Assembly: GCA_028023455.1 (NCBI GenBank)
Contig: JAQFVV010000002.1
Coordinates: forward strand, 4,836,001 to 4,900,000
Length of the DNA: 64,000 bases
Origin: Epiperipatus broadwayi
Taxonomy: Eukaryota > Animalia > Onychophora
Reading direction: 5' to 3'
Each line of letters starts with the position of its first letter. Position 1 is the first letter of the stretch. The notes under the pieces are model-generated. The model did no database searches, was not told the origin of the DNA, and saw nothing but the letters and a program-made list of their open reading frames with translations. A program made the translations under genes and the position numbers. Of this stretch, positions 53,218 through 64,000 are shown piece after piece.

Positions 53218-53617
53218 TGATTTGAGCACATTGTTCTATTGTGTCTTTGGTTTTAAAAATAGTGGCAATGCTAAAAATGAATAAATTCATAAAATGCATA
53301 TGTTTTTTTTCTATTTCCACTTCATGTAAGCTAATCATTTCAGTTTTTAAGCTTGGAATATTTTTTGATCTTTTTGTGATCATATTAGCTGTGCCATGAT
53401 TTTAGTTGAAAATTTATGACTTGAGCACTTTGTTCTATTTTGTCTTTGTTTTTAAAAATAGCGGTAATGGTAAAATTGGGTAAATTCATAAACAGATATC
53501 ATGATTTTTTTTCTATTTCTACTTCAGGTAAGATATCTATTTCAGTTTTCATGCTTAGAAATTTTTTTGATTTTTTTTATGGTCATATTAGTTGTGCCAT
53601 GCTTTTAGCTGAAAATG
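53218..53617 (+). repeat. Old tandem duplication, about 198 bp x 2
   Basis: TTGAGCAC.TTGTTCTATT.TGTCTTTG.TTTTAAAAATAG...TCATATTAG.TGTGCCATG.TTTTAG.TGAAAAT occurs twice. Confidence 0.85.
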
Positions 53618-55330
53618 CATCTAGCTTTAAACTTTGAAACACAATTTCTAAAAGTAAAAGCATCTTTTATCTGTCCAAAAGTGTGGCAAAATGGAAAAGA
53701 AAGTGAAAGTAAACTAGTAGTTAACATTTTTTTGTGTTCTAACATGCAACTGTTTCTCATTGTGTTGAAAAAAATCCTATTAAAATCATTTAAATTTTTT
53801 TAAAAAAATGTTTAGTAACAACTTATTTAATTGATTATATAGACTTGTTTATTAGTAGTGTAAGAATATCAAAAGTAGGATACAATAAATACATTATCAA
53901 AACTTAATCACAATTAATGTCAAACAAAAAATACTCTGACATATTAAAAAAGAAAAAAAAAGCATCTAATGTGTTCTGTATTTGAATATTGTAATTAATA
54001 TTATGCAAATGTAAACAGCAATTTATATACAAATATGCTAGCTGTCACATTTTTTGCCATGTGATGTCACCTTTTATTAAATGGGATAGCTACTTTTTTT
54101 GGAAATTACAACATTTTTTAGATTAGTTCAATTGAAATTAGGGATAAAAACTATTTAAAGAAATATTAAAGATATGAATCTTTTTCAGTTTATTTGTATT
54201 GCATTTTTACCTTACAAAATTTATTATTAAATGATGTATGCAATTTTGCTCACATTTTTAAACTGAAAATACATTCTCAGTACAATTGTGATAATGTTTG
54301 CAATTCTGAAACAAATAAGATATTTTAAAATCAATCAAATAGATTAAGTGCTATTTTTAATTTAGATTTAATAATTTTTTATCATACAAAGTTCATTTTT
54401 ATAAAATCATTTTTGTTTTCAAAATAACAATTCTGATAAGTAAATTGCAAGACAGTGATTATAATTGTGTCTGCAAGCAAAGTACTGTTAGTAAAAATTT
54501 TATTCCATAAAAGTAAATACAGTATACAGTTTTAAACTAATGTACACATTTTCAAATTTAATACTCTTTTAATATATTTGGGTGTTGTACATCATTAAAA
54601 TATAATTTTGCTTATTTATTATACTGAATGAAACATTTTTTTTTTTGGTTTTGCAATTGTTAACAATGAAAATCTTTATTTTGGATATGTCACTTATGAA
54701 ATACTGACTGAAAAGAATGCTAGATGGAAATTAAATACTATATTGTACATTCATTAATTGTATTTTAAGTTTGAGTTACTATTTTGCTTTTGGATGACAT
54801 AGCATTTATAACTATCCTATGATGTCATCAGTCTCACAAAATGATTGCCAAAAATTTTTTTTGAATTTTTTTTTATGATTGTTACCATGAATAATTGATT
54901 GTAAATCAAACAGTGGATACAAACTGATGATGATAGCTATTGTAAATTTTTGCACAATGATCATATGCTAATCAAAATACAGGTGTATTTCATTCTTTAT
55001 ATAATGAATATTTGTCATTTATTGAAGAAGTCGTTTCATTATCTTTTTTCACTATATTTTGGATTGAGAATTACAAATAATTATTTTTGTATAAATATTT
55101 TTCTACAATTAGCTGCTTCATACAAATTATAATTGATTTTCTTTTTAGGCAATTTAATAGTAAAGTAAGATGAACTTTTTTTTTGTCATGGATTACACTT
55201 AGATAGTCAGTTGATGTTTTCCTGAAGGTTTATGATGATAGTATTTTAATTATACTTATATACTGATCTATTTCCATCATAAATATAAAGTTTTGAATGT
55301 CTTTAGAAGAATTTAACTTTATTTAACTTG

Positions 55331-55397
55331 TCAAAGTACATTCAACTGTTAGAATAGCTTATAGATTAGCTATTATTAATAGTTGAATGTACTTTGA
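55331..55397. other. 67 nt stem-loop
   Basis: Perfect 17 bp TCAAAGTACATTCAACT / AGTTGAATGTACTTTGA, extended by AATAGCT / AGCTATT around an 8 nt loop. Confidence 0.7.
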
Positions 55398-55560
55398 AAA
55401 TTAGAATAAAAATAAATATTTCTAAATATTTGGAAATAGTCCAATATATAAATATAAATAATTGGTTGATGATTTATAATATATTTTTCTAGTGATATCA
55501 AATCAATAAACTATTCTTGTTTAAATATTAATGGTTATACACTTTTCATAAAATTATGTA

Positions 55561-56408
55561 ATTCTACACAACTTGTACTGTTCAAGTTAAAATAACACTA
55601 AAATAAGTTTAAAATCACTGATCTAGCTTTCGGCAGATTTCTGCCAGAATCATAGTGCTGAATTGAAACAGCATTATTAAAATATATATATTAGCTAAGA
55701 CTAATATGTAAATGAGGCTGGTATGTAAATTAGATGCTCCATTTTTATGATAATGGACACAAGAATACTTTCAAATGAGGATGTCTTACATTTCTCATAT
55801 TGCAATGAACTTTCAAAAGATCTGCATGGACACATTCAGAGTTGGCTTCAGATAACCCTCTCACTCAACAACCTTTTAAAAAATACAAAAGACAAAATTC
55901 TTCTTGAATACAATCCTCAGATTTTATATAAAATCTCATGCCCTGCCCCAGCCTGTAACTCAGTGTATTACAGGAAATTCCACACTAACAGATCAGCAAG
56001 AGTCACCCAGTACATATATTTATATAATAAAATCAAGTTAAATCATGAATAATACAAATTGACCTTTTTTGATTATGAGCTGGTTACAAAACTCATCTTT
56101 TCTCTCTTCGATATTAGAACAATATGTTCAGAGAAGGATGATAAATATATATATAAAGAAGATCCTCATTTGATTAATGCAAAAGATTATTGTTTTATTA
56201 TCAAAAATATGGAACATATAATTTGCATACTTGGTCTCATTTACATATTAATCTTATCCACTACACATATATATTTAATGGTGCAGTTCTATTCAGCACA
56301 ATGATTTTGGCAGCAATCTGCCAAAAGCCAACTCAGTGCTTTTAAAATTTATTTTAGTGTTATCTTTACCTTTTCATAATAACTTGAACAGTAAAAAATG
56401 TGCAGAAT
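55561..56408 (+). mobile_element. 5'-truncated Penelope-like element: GIY-YIG endonuclease remnant between inverted pseudo-LTRs
   Basis: ORF 55747-56052 contains KDKI...ILYKISC..ACNSVYY, matching the PLE KDxI...VYKIPCxxCxxVYIG motif. 55561-55690 is the reverse complement of 56265-56408, and both arms carry a dead HHR. Confidence 0.75.
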
Positions 56409-56565
56409 TATTTTTTAAAATTCTAAATTTTTTAATTTATTAATATGGTGTATTGATTATAGCTCACAACATTTTCTATTCAGCTTATATGTTTTTTTTT
56501 TTAAAAAATATGCAGTAATGTCTTTGGTTGAAATAATATTGTTTTTTTTTTCTCATGTGTCATAG

Positions 56566-58411
56566 CATCAGCCAGGAAGCAAACCTGCTAACCTGGGATA
56601 ACTGCTTGTAAAGCAACTGTCACTAACCTACCTATTTTTACAAATTTAAACTAAAAGATTATTTGGTGTGAAGTGATTTGTTTAAATTTTAATTAATTTA
56701 ATTTGATGTTAAACTATTTTGAGTTTCCTTTGTATATCTATTGCATACTTATCCATATTATACTGTTTTTCAAATTAGACTTTACAAATTGCACGTTATT
56801 CATAAAATATGCATATGTATTTTTACTTTAGATTGTTTTTTCCCACTTAATAGTTGTTATCTTGAATTGGTTTCTGTGATTTTTACTATGTCAGCTTGTG
56901 GTTATTAATATGTTAAGTTACAGTCTAATTATTTATATATGGTAAATAATGTTAGAAGCTGGCTTCTGAAATATTCCATGTATTTAGGTGGCAAAAACTG
57001 TACTATACTTATAAAGATAGTGGGAAAGTAAGGTTGGCTTTTCTTATTTAATATTCTTTACAAACTGATCAAGCCAAAAACAGTAACTGTAAATAATGGA
57101 TCAATAATAATAAATCTCTCATTTCTGACTAGCTAAACATAAAAAGTTAAAATGTATTTATATCCAAGACTCTTCTATTACATATGTGTATATTTCAAAT
57201 AAATGTACATTGCAATCAAAGGGGCATTTTATTGATCCTGAAGTATATTTAGAATAAGTAAGCAAATAAGCCTAAAGTTTCTTTTAATGTAAACATCATC
57301 CTTTTCCTTTTTATATTACCATATTATAATATCTGATAGTAATTTAATATAGATAGGCAAAAGAAAATATTAGTGTATGCATATTTAATATCTCAGGGTA
57401 AATATAAAATTGCCATAGCAACCTAATATGTGTGATTATAAATGAATAATAAGTGTCAGCATTCTAAAGAAAATACACGAAAACCAAATTCAATAAAAAT
57501 TATATACATTTTATTGACATTTTAGTGATTTCATATTATCATTAATAATAAACATATTTATGAAGTATGACAGCTTTTCAAAATATTAAAGAAAAATTTT
57601 TAAAAATCCAAAGTGAAATGATACTATTTATGTTAAGCACTATCCTTTATAAGCTGAAAAAAAAATCTTAAGCAGGGTTACATAAAAAAATATTATAATT
57701 ATTTGCTAATAAAATAATAATTAATTTAGAATACGGTTTCTATATGTATTTCACAGGTAAAAGTTCCTTTTAATACTTCAACCATCTTATCTACTAATAC
57801 AAAATATAATATAAAAAGCTTCTAAACAAAATAACTTAGAATCACAAATAATGGCTTATTTAATAAATAGCAAAAGTAAAGTAAATATGTTACTACATGT
57901 ATTCATGTATGATATGTACGTGTATGTTTAAATGCACATACATCTATATAAACTTATAGAGAGAAAAAGTTATAAGCTAAATAAATTAAAGAATTTTAAA
58001 AGACTGATTCTTTTAAAATTAGTAAGTAAAAGATTTATAACTTTAAGATTAGAAAAAGATTATTTTCTAAAATAAATAATAGTCTAATTAAATAGAGTAG
58101 AATACATTGTTAATGAAATAAAACAATTAAAGAAATTCGAGTTAGATTTCCTTTATAAGATAAACAACAGGCTATAAAAATAACTTATTAATTAAAGTCA
58201 AGTATTAAAACAATGAATGCATCAGTACTAATTGGATTAAGAAGACTTCACTTGATTCTTGGAGCTTCATCTGTGCACACATTTTTATTTTTTTTATTTT
58301 AGACTTTTGTTTTATTTTAACGTTGTGCCACAGAGACTCGGCAGTAATATAGGCAACTGGACTTCACAAGCCTCGTTGGACTATCTTTATCTAGCCAATT
58401 ACCATGGCTAA
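56566..58411 (+). CDS. Tentative three-exon 3' end of an unidentified host gene
   Basis: Phase-compatible AG/GT-bounded pieces 56566-56607, 56988-57027 and 58334-58411 give ISQEANLLTWDNCLWQKLYYTYKDSGKRLGSNIGNWTSQASLDYLYLANYHG*, with AATAAA at 58419. No homolog recognised, and open frames also exist on the other strand. Confidence 0.2.
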
Positions 58412-60583
58412 TAACTTTAATAAAATTGCCATTTTTAAAAATGTATTAAAAGAAAATAATCTAGTTGGATCGAAAGTTTCTTATCAAGTACCAAGTTTTG
58501 TTTTGTTTTTTGTTAAGGTTAAACAACTCTCTTTACTGCAAAATTAATGACATCCAAAATTACTACGGTTACCTCCTAGAAACCATGCAATGCTAAAAAT
58601 TTCAACTGTCTGCTTTGCATACCCGCACACATATCTTGAACATTTGTTTTTGTATGTCTTGTGTCCAACTATTTCTTAGATTAACTTTAATATGAACAAA
58701 AAATAATAAAAATATAATTTAAATAATTAATTTTTTATTAAATCTCATATCTCCCTTGTCCCTTTAAATACATATTAGCACACAAATATTCTTTGACAAA
58801 TATTAAAACTAAAATAATTGTCTGTATTATTTCAATCATCCTTTTTTAAATTTAAAATAACTTAATTGACTTGAATGTGAATAAAAGATTTTAATCTTAA
58901 CAACTTTCAAAAATGTAAACAGTTTAAAATGAAAAACAATTTTACACGTGAAACAAATAAATAGACACAACATATCTCTATTTATAGAGTGATAATTTTG
59001 ACCATAACTATATGCGACAAAAATTGAAAAACAATTTATTATTTTAAAGACCGCACATATCTTTGTTTTTAATTCACAGCGAACGCTAACTACTACAATA
59101 TATATATAGTAGCAGAACAAATCCGATGACAAAAAAAAATGTTTAATAAAAAGTTATTATAAATTGACTAATAAATGTATAAATTGTCATATATGTATGT
59201 GTGAATTTACTAGATATAACATACACATTACTTAAGTACACTGGTTTAAAAAAGTAAAAATAGTTAATTTATTTTAATCATACTATTGGATATTTTATAA
59301 TGGAAATATACTTAAATAAAAATCAGTAAAATTAGAAGTTGTACTATATAAGTGAAGAAAGAAAAATAAATAGTTTTGATGTGTAAAAAACTTGAATTAT
59401 GTAGTTCATAAAAGTATAAAATATTTTATGCTCATTCCTGATTTGCCTCCTGAATGGAATTTTAAATAAAAAACCTGCATATTTTTTTAATAAATTAAAT
59501 GGAAAATTTAAATGTACTATTAAAATTTGGGGTTACTAAAATTAAGAATCTTACTGATCAATTTTTGAAAATCAGTAATGATTTTTTTTCTTCCCAAGAA
59601 AGAAAACTTTTTTTTCATTTAGATATAAAATAACAATATAATTTTAAAGCATATGTAAAATATGTTGTAAAAGGTATAAAGAAAATGTTTATCAATAAAC
59701 ATGTTGTAGATATAGTCAAATTTGTAATTGTCATTTTATAAGCCTGTTGTTTGGAAAACATCTGTTGAGTACAGTGATAAATATGAACAACAGCAAATGA
59801 GATATAAGTAGGTCAGAAATGAATAATGAAGGCAGTCTATTCTAATCTATTCCAAGACTTAACTCAGTCAGTCATATTACAGTGATCTATGCTGAGAATT
59901 CTACCATAGTTTGGATTTACATGCATTGCTGAAATTAAAAGTATTTAATACTAACATCAAGAACAGAAATTATGACATTAGTCAGCAGAAGACCATCTAG
60001 TATGTGTTGCTAGAAGCCAGAAACATCACTTATCAAAACACCCAGAGATGCAATTGGATCCAGAGACGAACCCTGAGGTTGCTAAAACCAGCCATTGCCT
60101 GCTTTAATAAAACTGTGGAAAGAAATGTACTAAACCTTATCTAACATTAGCTTTGCCCAAGAAGAACACTATCAACCCAGATGAACTAATTAAAACATTC
60201 AGAAATATAATAAAAGAATGTTATCTATAGAAGTCATGGTTTAGAAGTTTGTAAACTTTGCACTTGTTAAGTTCTTATTAATATAAGTATTCTAAGACCT
60301 TAAGTTAAAAGTATTTCTAATACTTATTATTTTATTGTCTTTAATATTTTGTATACATAGCAATAGTTGCAAATATGTATAAGCAACAATTTTATATATT
60401 TATTATCAATAAAATTGTTAACTTATTTTGTCTTATTAATTCATTTATTTTGTGTTTGTTTATCAAACCCAATCCAAACATTATGCTACTAATATTACAT
60501 TATACTATTAATATCCACAACTCTGAGAAATCATATAATCTACCGAGGGACATACAGGAATAATAGTAATAATTTATAAATTA

Positions 60584-62097
60584 TGATGATCAAAATTTGG
60601 TTTAGTATGTAAAAATGAATTTAAAAGACAATCGCAAATGGCAATGCTATTGGATTTGATGCAATACCTATAGAATTTTTGAGAGAAATGGGAGAATTTA
60701 CTATGAAGAAAATAGTTAGATTTTGCAATTTGATATATAATAATGGAGTTTGGCCTGAATATTTTTTAAGAACTATAATGATTCCAATTGCTAAAAAGAA
60801 GAAAGCTGCTAAATGTGAAGAGTATAGAACAATAAGTTTGTTAACTCATGTTTTTAAAGTTTTATTGAGGATTTTAACTCAAAAGATTTATGGGAAAGGC
60901 AGATTTGTATATTGGTGAAGAAGTTTGGTTTTCGGAAAGGGAAAAGCACAAGAGATGCTATTGGTATTACTAGGACAATTGTGGAAAGATATATTGAAAA
61001 AGATAAAGGAATTGGTTTAAGTTTTGTTGATTTAGAAAAGGCATTTGATAGAGTAGGTTGGAATAAACTGACGTCCATTTTAAAAGATAAAGGTCTATTT
61101 TGGAAAAAAAGTCAATTGATATGGACTATGTATAATGGTCAAAGGATAAGAGTTAGATTTGGGAGTAATGAGACTGATGAAGTGAATATAGAAAGTGGAG
61201 TTAGGCAAGGGTGTAGTATGTCATCTGTTTTGTTTAATATTTATTTAGAAGATATGCTAAATAGTTATTTGGACTGTGGAGGAGCAAATGTTGGAGGGAA
61301 AGTAATAAAATGTATAAAATTTGCAGATAATATGGCTCTTATTGCTGAGGAGGAAAAGAGTCTTCAGAATATGTTGAATAAATTGGCAGAAGGATGTATC
61401 GCATATGGAATGAAGATTAATATTGAAAAGACTAAGTATTTATGGATAGGGAGAGATGCAAAAAGACTGCAAATTGGAATCCATTTTTCAACAGGTAAAG
61501 GGATTTAGATATTTGAATAGATGGTTGAGTGAGGATGGAAGAAGTGAATATGAAGTTAAAAGAAGAATAGCATTGGCAAAGGAGACATTTGTAAAAAGAA
61601 AGAAGATATTTTGTGGACCTTTGGAAAGAGAATTAAGGAAGAGATTAATTAAATGTTATGTGTGGAGTGTATTAATGTATGGTTGTGAGACATGGACATT
61701 GAGTAATAGAATTAAGAAACGATTGGATGCTTTTGAGAGGTGGACATTGGAGAAAAATTTTAAAAATCAGTTGGATGAGTAAAATAACAAATGAAGATGT
61801 TTTGAAAAGAGTAAATGAGGAAAAAAGAAAGAGAAACTGCATTGGACATTTATTAAGAAGAGATTATAGTTTAATGAAAGATGTTTTGGAGGAAATGATG
61901 AGTAGAAATAAAAAGAAAAGATGGAAGAGATTGACATTATTGGATGATATAAGAGATGGGAAGACTTATGTAGAATTGAAGAAATGGGCAAGGAAGAGAA
62001 TGGAATGGAAGAATGGATGAACTGATGTAGTGACTACTCTCTGAATCTGTCTATTGAACAGAATACTATTGACTGATTGATTGATTGATGATCAAAA
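60584..62097 (+). mobile_element. 5'-truncated RTE-clade LINE with a 12 bp target duplication
   Basis: ORFs 60679-62020 (YRTISLL, FGFRKGKSTRDAI, FVDLEKAFD, GVRQGC, KFADNM, FRYL, VLMYGCETW), split by frameshifts. (GATT)n tail; TGATGATCAAAA at 60584-60595 and 62086-62097. Confidence 0.95.
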
Positions 62098-62434
62098 ATG
62101 TTAATAAGTTTTTACAATTTTTTTATTTAAAAGGTTTGACATTTTAAAGTTGCATTTTTATTTTATTGATATTTGAAAAACAAATTAAAAGTACTTTTAG
62201 GAGGATTTGTTCTTAGTTTAATCTTCCATGCTTAGTGATAAATCATAATCATTATCACAGATGTTTTATAAATATTATTGTATATATTTGAATTTAACCA
62301 TTTTTTATTTGAATTTTATTAGCCATTTAATATAAATATTTATTTGGAATCAAAATTTATCATTACATATTTAAGTATATTGGAAATGTCTAAAATTACT
62401 ATTACAATATTTATATTAAATAAAGAATATTCAC

Positions 62435-63019
62435 TTTTATAAAAGGTATTAAACAAGGCAAAACTTTCTATACAGTAGTGCCATCCTGTGCCAACCAGAG
62501 TAATCAATGGGTGCATAAAATCCCTATCTAATGCCTACTCATTCAATATCCCCAGACTAGTTTCTGGCTTGTGTGAGGAGTTTTGGATCTGAGAGCACTC
62601 CACCTAGATCTTAGGATCTAATGCAACCCTCCAGCAGCCACCTTTTATCTCTACTTAACTACAAAACTATGAGAATAAAATTGAAAACACAATAATATTT
62701 TCAATCTAAGCTCAATAGCTTATATAGTCATATGGATCTGAACTCAGTTCAGCACTTATACATTTTAGTGTCTTTGGCTCTTTAAAAACCAAAGCCACCA
62801 CTATCCTATTAGGCAATATTGGTGTTAAACTAGACTGGAATATTGGATGAGTAGGCATTAGATAGGGATTTTATGCACAAGCCTTCTGGCATCCATTGAT
62901 TACTCTGGTTGGCATAGGATGGCACTACTGTATGGAGAGTTTTGCCTTGTTTAATAACAATTATGTGCTAGTATAAGAGATGGTGATCATGTGATGTTTA
63001 GTGGTTTTATAAAAGGTAT
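62435..63019. mobile_element. Second insertion of the 455 bp HHR family, internally inverted, with a 15 bp target duplication
   Basis: Collinear with 33825-34210. 62450-62562 is the reverse complement of 62827-62955. TTTTATAAAAGGTAT at 62435-62449 and 63005-63019. The HHR core is deleted at about 62573. Confidence 0.9.
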
Positions 63020-64000
63020 GATTAAGTTTAGTTTAAAAATAAAATTTTATTATTATACACAATAAACCTCGAGATTTATAATTATTTGTACAGTTATTGA
63101 TGTAAAGGAAGAAAAAATATTCACATAATGTGAATAGAAAAAAATACCAGTAAAATAAAATAATTACATGTGCAATATATTACATAATATATTACATAAC
63201 TATACATAAAATATAAAAAATTATAATTATTTAATATATAAACATGCAAACAAAAGTGATGACAACATTTTATAATGACACCTTAAAATTAAAAAAAAAA
63301 AACCACTAAATTAATTTGATCATAGAAGTGAAGGAATACTTTTGTTGTATGTCACTTTTTTGATATAATTTTATATTATAAAGTATTTTAGAATAAAATA
63401 TCCAGAAAAAAAACCCAGGAATTAAAAATAATGAATTAATTTTAAAATAACCTGTGTTTACAAACTGCAGGTAATAAGACAAATCTCTAAGGGATTGCAT
63501 AAATATCACATTAAGCAAAGACTTAATCCCTAAATTTAAAATTATTATAGAAACATGATTGAAGTTTACAACAGACAAAATTGAATTCAAAAACAAAGTA
63601 TGAAAGAGTAAAAACTATGGCTCTAATATTTGGAAAGAATCCTCTCAATTTTATTTTAGCAAGAGAGAGTATGTTATGGTGGCATTCATATTTCAGAATT
63701 TTTGTAATCTGATATGGTACAATGAAATAGAAAATGATAAATTTATTCTTCAAATATGCAAAGAACATATAGGAACAACATGTGAGAGCTCCCTCTTAGT
63801 CAACAAAAAAGCATTGTTAGGAAGAAACTCAAGTTTAATTTTTATCAAAACATCTAAATATTTTATTTCAGAATTCTCATGTTAGAATTCTTTAAAGATT
63901 TTGTTATTATGAATTGAAACATTAAGTTTGAAATGGCAATCTATGAGCATCCTAGTATTTTATTTTATTAGAAATAAAATGATGATGTTATGTCAGTTTC

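Noticed and set aside
54915-54950. CTGATGA-TGATAGCTATTG-TAAA
   Set aside because: No GAAA and no helix I partner; a chance match is likely.
58572-58677. Faint resemblance of the minus-strand peptide to TM2-domain proteins
   Set aside because: The spacing differs, and I found no following GxDRFYLG exon, so no gene symbol is assigned.

Overview
Very AT-rich (roughly three-quarters A+T by eye), CpG-depleted eukaryotic DNA, most likely an invertebrate animal with DNA methylation (inference; the taxon cannot be fixed from this window). I can identify no intact host gene, rRNA, bona fide tRNA or CRISPR array. The window is mostly decayed mobile DNA: two long 5'-truncated RTE-clade LINEs (6587-7985 minus; 60584-62097 plus), several smaller RTE, CR1/L2-like and L1/Tx1-like fragments, a fossil hAT (SPIN/Buster-like) transposase, a probable solo LTR in a (TA)n tract and a tRNA-derived mini-SINE. 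The most interesting signal is a recurring class of non-coding fold-back insertions built from tandem 230-455 bp monomers, most flanked by 10-15 bp direct repeats and carrying minimal type I hammerhead ribozyme (HHR) motifs. At least five families that look unrelated in sequence show this. One sits on a Penelope GIY-YIG remnant, which ties the class to Penelope-like elements (PLEs) or retrozymes. Two independent insertions of one family (33.7-35.1 kb and 62.4-63.0 kb) share the same end points and both restart at the ribozyme cleavage site. All alignments, folds and translations were done by eye, and boundaries of old fragments are approximate.
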